A stretch of DNA of 64,000 bases from the human T2T-CHM13v2.0 reference genome, Homo sapiens. Both the position numbers and the translations under genes were made by a program. The stretch lies in assembly GCF_009914755.1 (NCBI RefSeq), contig NC_060928.1. One strand, 5' to 3'. A model generated the notes under the pieces. That model was not told where the DNA came from. It did not search any database and was given only the letters and a program-made list of their open reading frames with translations. Shown here piece by piece: positions 45,519 to 59,795 of this stretch. Numbering within the stretch: the first letter of the stretch is position 1; the number at the start of each line of letters is the position of its first letter.

Positions 45519-45651
45519 AAAGTTGAATATAGAACAAGGAGGACTGATAAACACAATGCCAGGCATTTTGCTAAGTATTGGGAATTAAACAAAAATAAAT
45601 AAGAAATAATGCTTAGCGTCAGGAGCTCAGAGTCCAGGGGACCAGACACAC

Positions 45652-46046
45652 TGTGGAGACTAAAGCAACTCTATCTTGGATGCTAATCCACCATGCTGAC
45701 TTTTCGTTAACCCCAGTTCTGGGAATGGATCTGAGATTTCTACTTTCACGTACTTACCATAAATCCTGCCCTTAGGTCAAACAATCTTGATGTTATCGTA
45801 AACACATACTTACCATAAATCCTGCTCTTAGGGAAATTTCCTATGGTATATAAGCCCTGGGTCTGGAAGGTAGCAATGCGGGAATCCACCATCTCATTTC
45901 AAGGCCACCTGAGACATGGCTTCTGTTCATAAATCCCTATTAAATGTTTCTTTCTGAGAAATTGGATTTGCCAGCCTCTTTCTTCCACTTCTCAGCTTCC
46001 TTAGCCTTTGGGGGTAGGTGTGTATAGACCTACTCGCTGTAATACA
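45652..46046 (+). mobile_element. LTR47-like ERVL solo LTR inserted in a reverse L2
   Basis: tgtggagactaaagcaactctatcttgga...ctatggtatataagccctggg (TATA)...ctattaaatgtttc...ggtaggtgtgtatagacc; flanks CACAC/CACAT. Confidence 0.8.
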
Positions 46047-46203
46047 CACATAAACAGAAAATAATTAAATATACTACAGTATAAACAATTATTAGAGCTA
46101 CTCACTGTGGAATACACACATAAACAGAAAGTTAAATATACTACAGTATTAACAATTAACAGTATTAACGAGACAATTAATTTATGCTCTTAAATTAAAA
46201 TAG

Positions 46204-46529
<326 letters not shown>

Positions 46530-47922
46530 ATTATCTTCACCTCATACACGGGAAACTGAAGCACGAAAGTTTAAGGAACTTGCTCTGGGTCACACTGCAA
46601 ACAAGTGACCAAGCCAGGATTGAAACCTCGGTAGTCTATCTCTAAAGTTTCAATGCTGAACCATTACATTATACTGTAATGATGAAGAGATGTACACAGT
46701 GTCAGGGGACTGCAGGGGAGACCTGGCTGGGGGTGGGAAGAATGAAGAGTATTCTGCAGTTGATGATCCCCGAACTGAGCTATAATGGCCAAGCTGGAGT
46801 TATCCAGTTTTGGGGCAGGAAGAATTCTAGCAGAGGAAACCGGATGGGAAAAGGTAGAACAGTGACAAACATGTTAGTATTTCCCAGGATCTACAAGTAG
46901 TTTGATATTATGGGTCAAGGTCCAGGCTGAGAGTAGAGAGAGGCTGGCTGTAGAGGTAGATGGGGCCAGGTCATGGAAAGCATTTTATGGAACAGTGAGG
47001 GGCCCAGACTTTATCCTAAGCCATGAGAGCCTTTGAAAGGTTCTAATTTGGATAATTTTCATTTAATCTATATTCCACTGGTGGCTATGTGAAAGATGTC
47101 TTGGAGCGGTCCAAGAACACTGGCTGAAGGATCAGTTAAGAAACTTTTAAAGTAGTCCAGGAAGGCTAAAATTTAAAATATCTTTTTTCTTTTCTTATGG
47201 AACAAATAAAATGATAGCAAATTCTTGAATGTTATTTACTATGTGCAAAGTAGAGCCATCGATTTATCCTCACAACAATCATGTGAAAAAGATATTGTTA
47301 TAATCCCCGTTCTATAGATGAGGGAACAGAGGCACAGATTGTTTGTGTAAATGGGTAGTAATTGACAGCACTAAGACTCAACCCTCTGCAGTCTAGTTCC
47401 AGAACCTATACAATGAACCCCTAGTGTGGATGGTCTCCCTATAGGAGGTACTGAAACACTTTATAGAAGATACAAAAAGCTGGGTGAGATATGCGTGTGA
47501 GGAAGAGGACTTGAGCAGCAGGGTCAGCAAGAGGTGAGCCAGTTGCTGGGTACAGAGACGGCCTCCTGAGGAGGCAGAAAGAGGGGGGTCTTGGAGGCAA
47601 GATCAGGAGGTTAGGTGTGCCTCATTTTACAGATAAAAAAATCGAGACACAGAAAAATTTCAGGAACTCACCTAAGATCCAAATAGCTAGAACGTGAGTC
47701 GCAAAGAGCGAATGTGAAGCAGGTAGTTATTTCTGGGTTCATATTCTTAATGCTTTCTCAATGCTTTAAATTACTACGCATTATTGACCCTATTTGTTCC
47801 AGACCCAGTCAGTTATTTAGAGTGAAAAGTATTTTTCTGCAGTAGGAGGAAATCTTGGATCAATACAAAATTTAGAATTGCTCCAACCCACTTTCACAAT
47901 GATCAGTAAACACCTTTTATCA

Positions 47923-48233
<311 letters not shown>

Positions 48234-48486
48234 AATCACAAAATAGAGGTAGTTGTAAAATATATATCACTTTGGTAAGGGTGAGAGCCCTTACCTAGCA
48301 AACTTTGTTCATGGTTTGCTAATGAGTTGATGCTCACAGATATTATGAGGTCATTTTAAATCTATGTACGTCAAATCTGGTGGTGTTGGGAAGTGTCTTC
48401 ATTTACTTAAAGTTCTCTTGGGGCCTTCCTGCCTTCATTTTCTATTATCCTGAAGTATGCAGCCCCCACCCCAGGGCTACCACAAC

Positions 48487-48655
48487 AGGGCTGACTACAT
48501 AATTTGTGGGGCCCAGAACAATATGCAAATGCAGAGTCCCTTATTCAAAAATTAGTAAAGATTTCAAGATGGCAACGACAGAGCATTTGACCAAGTGACT
48601 GATCTTGAGGCCCTGCGTGACTGCATTAGGTCACATAACCATGATGGTGGCCCAG
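48487..48655 (+). mobile_element. MER45A hAT-Tip100 MITE
   Basis: cagggctgactacataatttgtggggcccag...gatttcaagatggc...gccctgcgtgactgca. Confidence 0.8.
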
Positions 48656-48989
48656 GTGCTGGTCCTGTCCAATACTTAGCTCAGTGGTTTTCTGAAGGCA
48701 TTGTTTGTAGTTTGTAGTTCTGCTGATCACTAAGTTTACAGTATTCGTGTCTTTAAATTGCTAAATCTGCTCATTGGTGGATTCCTTATGTTTAAGGCTT
48801 TTTAGTTTCCCTCATTGTCCAGGAGCTTACAAGTAAATGACCCGGAAAGAATCCTATTCCTTTCCCTGCAAGGCACTCTGCCCATCTCAATCAGGTCCTG
48901 TCTCTCTGCCTCATGGCATCTGGGTGCACAGGTAAGGCTACTGGCCAAAGGGAAACAGTGGCCTTTTTGGTTTTAAAACAGTGACAAAA

Positions 48990-50275
48990 GGGTAAGAAAA
49001 CAAGAAGATATTTTTGATACATGTAACTATCACAAGATTAGTTTCAAGAACATATTTAAAAAACCCCCTATAAATCAATAAGAACAAGACAACATAAAAA
49101 TGGGCGAAAGACTTGATCAAGCATTTCACTTAAATTATGAATAGCCAATAATATTGTGAAACTATACTCTGTCCATGAGTAATTAGGGAAATGCAAATTA
49201 GAACTACAAAGATACCCTTTGGTGTTTGTCAGTTGACAAGGCAAAGCTTGTTAATACCAATTTTTGGTGAAAATTTGGATCACTGGGAACTTGAAAATCG
49301 GTCCAACAACTTTGGGAAAAGATTTGGTTTGGTCCAGTAAAGATGAACACGTGTATATCCTATACACCAGTGTACATCCCTTAGCTGAGCACCTGTGTTC
49401 AAAGAGTGGTCCCCCAACTAGTAGCCGTGGGAGGTGGTTACCTGGATGTTTGCTGCAAATGCAGTGTCTCAGGTTCCAGCCCAGACCATTGAATCACGAT
49501 CTGCAGGTGACTTATGTGCACACTACAGCTTGAGAGGATCTTTTCTAGGACACTATTTCTTTTACATTCTTGACACAGACTTATGTTAAGAAAGTCTTAA
49601 AGTAAGAAATACATTCTACGACACAACATAGCCTCCCACCCCACAAAGTGAAACAAATGTTTCATGAAACAGTATTTACCAGGTGACTCAACGTTACACT
49701 CTGATCTTTTAAATTATAGTCTACACTGGTGGTTGAGACTTGCTAAACTGACTCCACTAATGGGTGGAGTCTTGTCTGGAAAACACTATCTTAGAGAAAC
49801 TCTTACACATATTCTCTGGGAAACAGAAAGGAATGTTTGCAGCAGCAATGTACATACTACTGAATACTCACGCCCTGGAGTACTACTACACAGCAATGAA
49901 AATGCATGAATCACTGCTATTTCCATCAACAAGGATGAATCTCATAGACATAATGTTGAGTGAAAAGAAGCCCAAGTTGCAGAGTGCATATGGTATAATC
50001 CCTTTATGTAAAGTTTGAAAACATGAAAAGTTACATATTTCTTAGAGATACAGCTATGTGAAGCTAGAAAGACAAGCAAGAAATTAATGCATGATTTACA
50101 GCAGTGGTTGAGAGGTTAGGATTAAGGTAGTGTCTGCAGGAGGTGTGAAGGTGATGTTCTAGTTCTTTAAGCTGGGTAATAGTTACGTGGCTGATCATTT
50201 CATTGTTATTTTCCATACCTTGTGTATCATGAATATTCCTTTGTACATATTTAATATCAACAACAGCAAAAACAA
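48990..50275 (+). mobile_element. Old L1ME 3' region with nested MER5-like/Charlie inserts (about 49385-49790)
   Basis: aaaatgggcgaaagacttga; gggaaatgcaaatta; ggatgaatctcatagacataatgttgagtgaaa; MER5-like aaatgcagtgtctcaggttccagcccagacc. Confidence 0.65.
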
Positions 50276-52202
50276 AGATAAAGAAAAGGCTGAACATCAA
50301 AGCATTTGTAAATACAGCTTCCAAAAAACACATCTTTAGAAAGAAGTTTTTTATTTTTTAAAAAACAGAAGTAAAAAGTAAATTTATTAGAAAAAGATCC
50401 ACTATCCTCTCTTCTATATGACTTGACTGATAGGATGAAAGCACCAAAGTTGATTTAGAAACCACTCCTACAGCATAAATATCCCTTTAATCACTGTGTT
50501 GGTCAACATATTCAATTGTGGTACTTTATTCTTTCATTTCAATGCCAGAAAAACATGCTTTTTCTGATGACAATTATGCTCTCACATTACAATGGGGGTA
50601 GATGTCTGCACTTAATCCAAGAAATTATCTGCATTTCAATGTTGTGAATATCTTTAATGATAACAAATAACAGACTGTGTAAGCAGACCCTTTCACCTCC
50701 CTGACAAATTCAACCAAATTGGTGATACATAACCGTCTACAAACCCATATGCCATATGCTCTATGCAGCATTCCTTTTGGGGCTGGACACTAACTAGTCG
50801 GGATTTATTAGGCTCTCATCTTTTTCTGAGTTTTCAATTTCTTTGTTATTTATTCTTTACCAGTCCTGAAGAATAGGGCTTGATTGCTACTCCCATTTTG
50901 CCGGGAAGGCAGTGAGAGGCGAGGTAATTTACCAAAAGTGGAAGAATGAGATGGTGGCAGGCCCGAAATGAAAGCCCATAGTCCCAGGGGGGAATTTAGA
51001 TTCCACCACCTTTGTGAGCGGGTGCCAGTGATGTGTTTATCACACACTTTCATCCAAGGTTGCTGAAGCATTTCATGAACAGAAATCCTTTTCCTCCTGG
51101 TCTCTATGGCTCCTACAGGGTGTATCACACCACTTAGCACCTATATTGCTCTTATATGCTTCTGTTTTCTTCTTCACATATTCCATTTGTGTAAAGGATT
51201 TAAGTGTCTGATAAAGTGGTGAGCTCCTAAACAGCAGAAAGCACGTTGTGTCTATTTCTTTTGGCATCCTCTTTCTTAATCAGCACAATGTTAGGCATCT
51301 GGGTCAGCCCTCAAGAAATATTTTGCTCTGAGCTCTTATTACGACATCTTGTAAATTAGGTGACCAAAGTGCAGGATTCCAATCTGCATGACAAAATGAA
51401 ATTTTTCTCTTACCAGGAGAGATTTGTGTTTGGGCTACTTTTGAAATATGACTAGACTTAACAAAATTCAATTTTGACATCATTCCATATGTACACATTC
51501 AGCAGGGTTGGTGTATGGGATAATCGCTGTAGGGGATCATTTGCCTATGTAAAAAAATTATAGAAACCATGCTCTATGCTCCCCGTGAACATTTGCTTGG
51601 AAAACTGGAAATGTGTAGGGCACCAGCACATCTTGACAATTCAAATCTTAAGTTTCTTATTTAATTAACTGTACATGGCCTATATGATTTCCAGATTTGT
51701 TAAAAAAAAAAAAAATAAAGGAACGGACAACAGAATTAGGCTACTTGTCAGTGAATGGAAGACATAAATGACTGTGAAAAATGTTACTCTTGAGTTTGAG
51801 TTATGTTAAGGTCACTCTAAAAAGATTAGTTATGTAAGAGGATCTCTCAGTCCTTCCTTCCTTCCTCTGCTTTCTCCTCTCCTTTTCTTCGAATTGTTCC
51901 ATTTTGTTTGCTTTGGAGACTCCTAAGTATTGAATCCATCTACCCCAGCCTGACAAATTGCACAGCCGTCCCTGGCAGGGCTGATATGCACCAGTTCCCA
52001 CTGACAGACGTAACAGCTGGCATCCATTCTGAGCTGTCAGTCACTGTACCATAGTAGTTGTTAAAGATTTTGACCAATACCTATCCCTTGCTTTATGTGA
52101 TATGAGCTGACCGCATATTTGGATTCTCTTCTATGCAAATATTCTTCCTGAACTTTTTTTTTCAGTTCCACTCTGGGTTTCCAAAGTTGAAGATAAACAG
52201 GG

Positions 52203-52640
52203 TGTGGTGAACCTTTATTATTTTTACCTGCCCAGCATCTACTGACTCTACTTCTGGTAAAAGCCCCCAGATTTGTTTGGGGCTCATCCCTCCTCATCTC
52301 AGTCCGTGAGGTCCCAGGAGGGCTGACTTCATCTCAGACATGTGTTTCAGACCTGGCCACATCGATTCAGGAGCATTTGATTCCATCATATTCATTAGAG
52401 GTCCTAAATTATTTCCTGGGACCACTGGCCTTGAAGTAAGTTTTCATTTCCACTGGTCTTGGAGTTGTAAGCATGGAGGGTCTGGGGCACCTGAAGCCAC
52501 CTTGCTAACATATGGAGTCTGAGAATGGAGTCAGCCCAGAAACAATAGCACCAGGAGATGGAGAGTGAGAGAAACCTGGCCTTTATGATGTCAGTTGAAT
52601 CCCTGTATCCACCTATTTCTAGTTCTATACCTGGAATTTA
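52203..52640 (+). mobile_element. Old MLT1-family LTR
   Basis: tgtggtgaacc...ctgcccagcatc...cttctggtaaaagcccccagattt...gagagaaacctgg...ttgaatccctgtatcc. Confidence 0.5.
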
Positions 52641-52689
52641 AAAAGTTTTAATTTAAGATTTAAATTAAATTGAAAAAATTGTCGTCCTT

Positions 52690-53220
52690 TGACTGAATTA
52701 TGGCAACAACCTCCCAAACTGACCTCTCTAACTTCAGTCTTGTCCTCACTCCAATCTTTCCTTCACTGTCAGCCAGAGGAATTGTTCTGATTTGCAAAAC
52801 AGATTATATCACTCCTGTGCTTAATCTGTGTGACCCTCTCCCATGATATACTAGTGTTGTTGGGATAAAATCCAATTATCTAACAAGGCCCACACCCTCG
52901 GGTGATCTAGTCTCCTTCTCTCAGCACTCCCTTGTTCCAGCCACACCAGGCTCTGTCAAGTCCATGTCAGCTGTGGCACCCATGAGTCTTTGCACATGCT
53001 CTTCTTTGCCTTGAAGACTCCTACCCCAGCTTCTTTCTCCTTTCTTGGCCAGCTTTTCCACTTCCTTTATTTCTCAACTCAGATATGATTTCCTTCAGAA
53101 GGCCCTTCCTGATTCTGTAGCCGGGGTTAGTTCTCTCTGCTGTATGTACCCTCATAATATGTCTACTTAGCACTCACCATCACATTAAATTGTTGTGATG
53201 TTCTAGCCTCTCTCCAGCCA
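52690..53220 (+). mobile_element. L2 LINE fragment
   Basis: cctcccaaactgacctct...ttgttccagccacacc...tttgcacatgct...ccttcagaaggcccttcctgat. Confidence 0.7.
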
Positions 53221-53337
53221 GCCTTTGATATGGACCACTCCTGGAACCACGCCTCAAACTTAGAAGGTGCAGGGATAGGTGGGTGGGTGGCTGGGTTGGG
53301 GATCCTAGACCTACTACACGAAGATGGGGATAAAACA

Positions 53338-53786
<449 letters not shown>

Positions 53787-53865
53787 TCATTTTCCATAAA
53801 AGGTAGAGAGACGTGAGAAAATTACCCAAATCAAGCAATTAGCAAAAGGCAATTAACAATTGATC

Positions 53866-54406
53866 AAGTTGCCAGATTTAGGAAATAAAAATACAGAACA
53901 CTAGGTTACATTTGAATTTCCAATAAATGACTATATTAGTCTATTTGTGGTGCTATAACAAAATGCCACAGCCCGGGTAATTTGTAAGTAATACAAATTT
54001 ATTTCTCACAGTTCTGAAGGCTGGGAAGGCAAGATCAAGGCACTGGCTGAGGAGGGCTGCTCTCTCTGCTTGCAAGACGATCCCTTGTCTCTGCAGGCTC
54101 CAGAAGGCAGGAACACTGTGACCTCACATGATGGAAGAGCAAAGGAGCAAGAGGGTCAAATTCTGAGTGAAGTCTCTTTTATAAAGGTCTTAATCCCATT
54201 CACAAGGGAACCCTCATGACCGAATCACCTCCTAAAACCCCCACCTCTCCAACACCTCCACAATGGGATTTAATTTTCAACATGAGTTTTCGAAGAGGTG
54301 TATATTCAAGCCATAGCAACAACAAAGATTTTATAAGTGTGTCCCAATTATTCATTATCTGAAATTCAAATTTAATTCAATGTCCAGAATTTTATCAAGC
54401 AACTCT
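53866..54406. mobile_element. MER53 palindromic hAT MITE split by an MST-type LTR
   Basis: gttgccagatttaggaaataaaaatacag...tttgaattt on the left; atctgaaattcaaattta...ttttatcaagcaactct on the right. Confidence 0.75.
53932..54318 (-). mobile_element. MSTB/MSTC-like MaLR LTR
   Basis: tatattagtctatttgtggtgctataacaaaatgcc...tttcaacatgagtttt...ttcaagccatagca. Confidence 0.85.
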
Positions 54407-56849
54407 AAAAGGTGGGCACTCTCTATGATACTCATGGCAGGGAACTTCATGGTCAGAATAAACCATCCTAGACAAATCAGTTGTTGAGAATATTGAATGT
54501 GAGAAAGCAGTGGGCAGGCCAAGGTTGTCAAGGTGACAAGGAAACTGTAATTCTGATGTCCTTCATGGCAGTAAAAGTGTCCTGTCAAAAAACCGTGAGG
54601 TGCTATGTTTCCAGAAGAGTCATACCCTCTAACTTGCATCACGATTCTGGAATTTTAGAAAACAACCACCTTAAATCCCCTAGAAGAAAGTGAGGTATCA
54701 GTTAATCATCAGTTGATTTCTCAAGGAAATATTCTAAAATACAGAAATGTTTTTGAAAAGATGCTTATAATTTATAAGTGCATACACTCCTCTAAATAGA
54801 AATAACACTGGATTAATGATCATATCCACGCCATAAAATATTTTGCAGCTGTTAGGAATGATGATTTCAGAATTTTTTTTTTATAACATGAGGAAATGTG
54901 TATGCTACAAGATAGAATACATAATTGTACATACAGGATGATCACAACTATTTGAAAGGAAATAAGGGAAGAAAGAATGAAACCTTGTACTTAAGAAAAA
55001 GATTGTCAAGAAATACACCAAATGTTGAAAGTGGATTTGTTGGGATGGTAGGTGACTTTTTCCCTTTCAACTTTTCTATATTTATCAAAATTTTTATCAA
55101 TGATATATATTACTTTTATAGTAAACTATCAGTATTTTATTTTAAAAGAAAGGAAGTAGATACTAATATCATTTGTTGTAACGTCTGTTTTCTCGAGTAG
55201 ATATAAACTTTTAATATTGCATTTGAGTGTCTACCACATATACATAGTAGACACTCAATACATACTTAGTGAATGAATAAATGGAACCAGGAGTGTGTCA
55301 GTACTGTTTACCATTGTATTCTTTATATTCAGCTAAAGAGAAATGAATGAATGGGAGATTTTAGCTTTTGGTGGTTTTGGATAAGCCTCCTTGTCTCTCT
55401 GGGATTCAGTTTCATCACTCACAAGTTGAGAGCTTGGATTATCATCTCTATGGTGGTCTCCAGAAACTGAAATATTTTGTGATTATTTGACTATATAAGC
55501 GAGGTTCAGGCTCAGGCAGCAAGGAGTAGAAGCCAGTTGCTGATTTGCTGATCTTATAATTCCAGGCCACTTCTTAGCTCTAAGTGTCTCTACTTTAGGG
55601 TCAAGCAAACCTTTTATGATGGACTGTTTAATAAGACAGGGATCACTTATGATTAAATCCACTGCTTTCTGCACTTCAAACATTTTATTTTACATTATTC
55701 TAAAGCTTTCTGAATTATTGCTTTGTTCTGTAATGGTAGCAGTTTCTGGTCTATTTTAGGATTGTTGGCAGTTGTTGTCATCTCTCTAGAGCTGGCTGGA
55801 CAGTTTGGCATGCCGGTACTGTATCGGAGAAATGGTATGTTGAGAGGACAAGTTTCTTCTGTTGTTGCTATTGATTATTTTGTGTTTGGACAGTCAAAGA
55901 AATATTTTATACAAAAGCAAATTACCAAAAAAAGAGGAATTCAGAAACCCTTTATGTTCAGGATTCTGTTTACCCGTTGGAAGCTCATTCACAGATAAAA
56001 TGGAAATGTGCTCAGCTCAGCTGGTTACATTAAGAGGGTGTTTCCGTGTTCAACAACTTTTATGATGGGCACAGGCTTTCTTATTTTTAAGCCTCTTGCT
56101 GTTGCCATCTCCAGATATTTTTTCCCAGCTCTTTGCTTATTTTCAGAGCTGTTTAGCAGCTATTTACTACCTTAGGTCAACAGCCTATAAAATATGTTCT
56201 TAGTTTTAAATTATAGATCATATTGCTTTTACATTTTCTCAAAACTACTTGATTTCCTTAATGAAAATTATTTCAATTGTTATGTGAATAGTTTATTCTG
56301 TAAGGAAAACAAGAAAGCTTCCAAACGTGGGTAAGATAATTCTGTGTACAGCAAGAGTCAGCTGAAATGCCATTGGTCCAAGGTTAAGTCAACTGTGGAA
56401 ATCTCAGGAAGGTTGAATATTTAAAGCAAAATGTTGCATATGTTCCTCCTTGTTTACCAGGATTTATACCCTATATCCTCCAAGAGAGGTTCAAATAGAG
56501 ATTAGGGTGCAGAGAAAAAGTAATAATTACATGAAAAGGCAATGAAATGTTGAAAAACAGTTCTCTAACCTTCCTTTTAAAACACCTATGCTTATAGCAT
56601 ACAGACAAAATGCCCAAAACACGAGCAATGGATGAATCTTATAAGAGCAGCAGCCTGTCTTTTGAGAGAATGTTGCCATCAACATCAGCTTGCCCCCTCT
56701 AATTAGTGCCTAACTTTGTAATGTGTTTAGCTTTTTTCCCCTCACAAGAGCTTATTGATTTTGGCAAAAATGCCATTATTTCAGAAAAAAGAAGAATATC
56801 AGATATTGAACCGACAGAAACATTCATACAACTGGTTACTTGTCTATTC

Positions 56850-57140
56850 CACTCCTCACTCTCCAGCTATTGGGATTTGGCTACAATTGTGAGAAACTCA
56901 ATATAAAGGAAGAGGAGGCATCAATGCCTATTGCAGAAGCAGTTTCTTCCAATCTCGTCACTAGCAAATTGAGGGGAAAGAATAAAAATGAAAGATACCA
57001 TTTCTCCAATAAGGACGTGGATTTTGAATTTAAATTCATCCATTGGAGGAGGAATAGTTGGCTTGAGAAGAGATGGAGAGTAAAGTGGAAATACATTCTT
57101 CAGTTCAATGAGAGTACTACAAAGACCATAGGTTTTTATG

Positions 57141-57184
<44 letters not shown>

Positions 57185-58030
57185 AAAAAACCCCAACAGA
57201 ATAAAGAGCAGATAAGAGATAGCATGTTCTTTATTTAATAGGCCAAGAAGCAGAGCAGGAATTGGTGCATATATTCATAATTGTTTCTTTGCTATTTGAT
57301 TTTAGGACATCTGGCCACAGCCTGTCTTTCCCTACTGTTACCCTCTTCCTGGATACACCTGTGTGTGCTAAGAACATTGTTCTACTTGATTCTACAAACA
57401 TGCCACCTGGTTTGATTTCTTAAGCTTTGCCTATGTGATTCTCCATCCCACTGTTTCTACTTGCCCATCTCCAAGTTATACTTGAAGGGTTGGTTGAAAT
57501 ATCCCTCTTCTGTGAAGTTTTTCAGATACCTTTAGACAGAAATAATTGCATGTAATCTGTGACCCCACCATGATTTAAATATATATATTTTTAAAAGCGC
57601 TCATCAGATTGTAGCTAGATATTTGTGCCTATCCTTTCCACTAGACTGTGAGCTTTCTGAGAACATGCTAGTATGTTAATTAACTCCTTTTCGTAAAGCA
57701 CTGGGTACAAAGTAGGCAACTAACTTCCTTATCTTCCATTTTCTCTCTGTCTATACATGGCAGGATGGGATTTTTCTCCCCCATCTTCTTGGTGGTAAGA
57801 AGATCTTAGTTGCAGTAAAGAAACAATGACTTTGCATAACATGCATTCAAGTCAAGTTGTAAGAGTCATTCAGTATTAGCAAGATAAAGATTTATCTTGT
57901 TTAACTCTAAAAGATATAAAGAAACTAAGCTTTCACACACAGTGAACTGTGGGATTCTTCCTCCACCTGAAAAAAACAGAGCCTTGAATCGCATTCATGG
58001 TCTCAAGGACATTGCAAAATATCTCCAACA
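56850..58030 (+). mobile_element. Possible very old CR1/L3 ORF2 3' remnant, interrupted by a poly(A) tract and an L2 fragment
   Basis: Translations ILQFNESTTKTIG and HTVNCGILPP...NRIHGLKDIAKYL loosely follow the CR1 motifs LERVQRRATKMI and RVVNLWNSLP...SINGFKKGLDKF; eye alignment only. Confidence 0.35.
57141..57182. repeat. Pure A42 homopolymer
   Basis: 42 uninterrupted A followed by GAAAAAAA. Confidence 0.97.
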
Positions 58031-58736
58031 TGGAAGTGAGATAAAGATGGATCTTGGGGAGCTGAAGAAAATGAAAAAGATCAAGGAAAAGCAGGAACTC
58101 CTGGAATTTCTTCTGAGGAGACTCCTATATGGAGGGAAAGATGATTCAGAGGAAAGACCAAACAGATCTTTTATACCATCCTCAGGACTTTGTGTGTTGA
58201 TGGTCATCTACAGGGAGGGTTGCTTTCTTTGGAAATGAGCTAGCTATGCCTTAGATGGGAGGCTCCCTCTCTGGTGCTGTTTCCTCTTCTTTCTACTGCC
58301 CCATCATACCAAGATCCCAGCTTTGTCTTTTCCATTCCTCTCCTCTCTCAACTACATCTTCAAGGCTCAACTCTGACTTGGTGGAGGAAGACTACCACTG
58401 TGCTTTAATAAGTAAGCATAGGTCCAGCTGGTGTGGACTAATATCCTCGCTCAGCTGCTCCATATCCCTGACACTAGAAAAAAAGCCAAGGTGACAATTT
58501 CCATCAGTCCAGGGAAAAAAGGCCATGGAGTCGAAAAGCAATTTGAGTTATAGAAAATATAGTACTGTTTCTTGCACACTTATGTTGGTGGACTATTATT
58601 CATACTTGCTAGCTTTGTACATTTTTATTTCTTTTTCATTAGATACATATTAAGAATATAGAAAAGCATACAAATGCCACCAATAGTTCTAACATTATTT
58701 TATCCAATTTTTGAGGTACAAAAAGTAAATGAATGG

Positions 58737-59045
<309 letters not shown>

Positions 59046-59442
59046 AATAAATGGACATTTATTTCCTCTACTCATGCCCTCAATTCATAACACCTTGCCA
59101 TCCAATCCATAATTCTTTTTAATTTACTTAAATATAGAAATGATATAATATGTTTATTTACTTCTGTAATTGAACAATTTAAAAATATTATTTAAGTACC
59201 CTGAGTGTGGGGTACTAAGGTGGGCTGTAGGAAGTGTGTGTGTGTTTGTGTGTCTAAAGGTAAGCTTAATTCTTACCCTTGAGGAACTGATTAATTGATT
59301 AACTACGTGTCAGAAATACAGAAATGAAAAAGATGAAAATATTCTAAAAAGAAATACATAACTACACATAAACAGTTTAGCCTAAACAGAATTATTTCTT
59401 AAAAATAGGTTAACTTTTGGGGAAAATAAATTATCTTTTTTC

Positions 59443-59795
59443 AAGGAATGAGATCATGTCCTTTGCAGGAACATGGATGGTACTGGAAGCCATTATCCTC
59501 AGCAAACTAACACAGGAACAGAAAACCAAACACAGCATGCTTTCACTCATAAATGGGAGCTGAACAATGAGAACACATGGACACAGAGAAGAGAACAACA
59601 CACATGGGGAACTGTCATGGGGTGTCGGGAGAGGGAGAGCATCAGAATAAATGTCTAATGCACACAGGGCTTAATACCTAGGTGAAGGGTTGATAGGTGC
59701 AGCAAAGCACCATGGCACACGTTTACCTGTGTAACAAACCTGCACATCCTGCACATGTATTCCGGAACTTAATAAAATAAAATAAAATAAAATAA
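59443..59795 (+). mobile_element. 5'-truncated L1 3' end (L1PA8-11-like)
   Basis: gagatcatgtcctttgcagg...aacaaacctgcacatcctgcacatgta followed by (TAAAA)n; ATCTTTTTT...CA on both flanks. Confidence 0.9.

Noticed and set aside
56840-57238. Poly-lysine (and antisense poly-Phe) protein
   Set aside because: Artefact of translating the A42 tract
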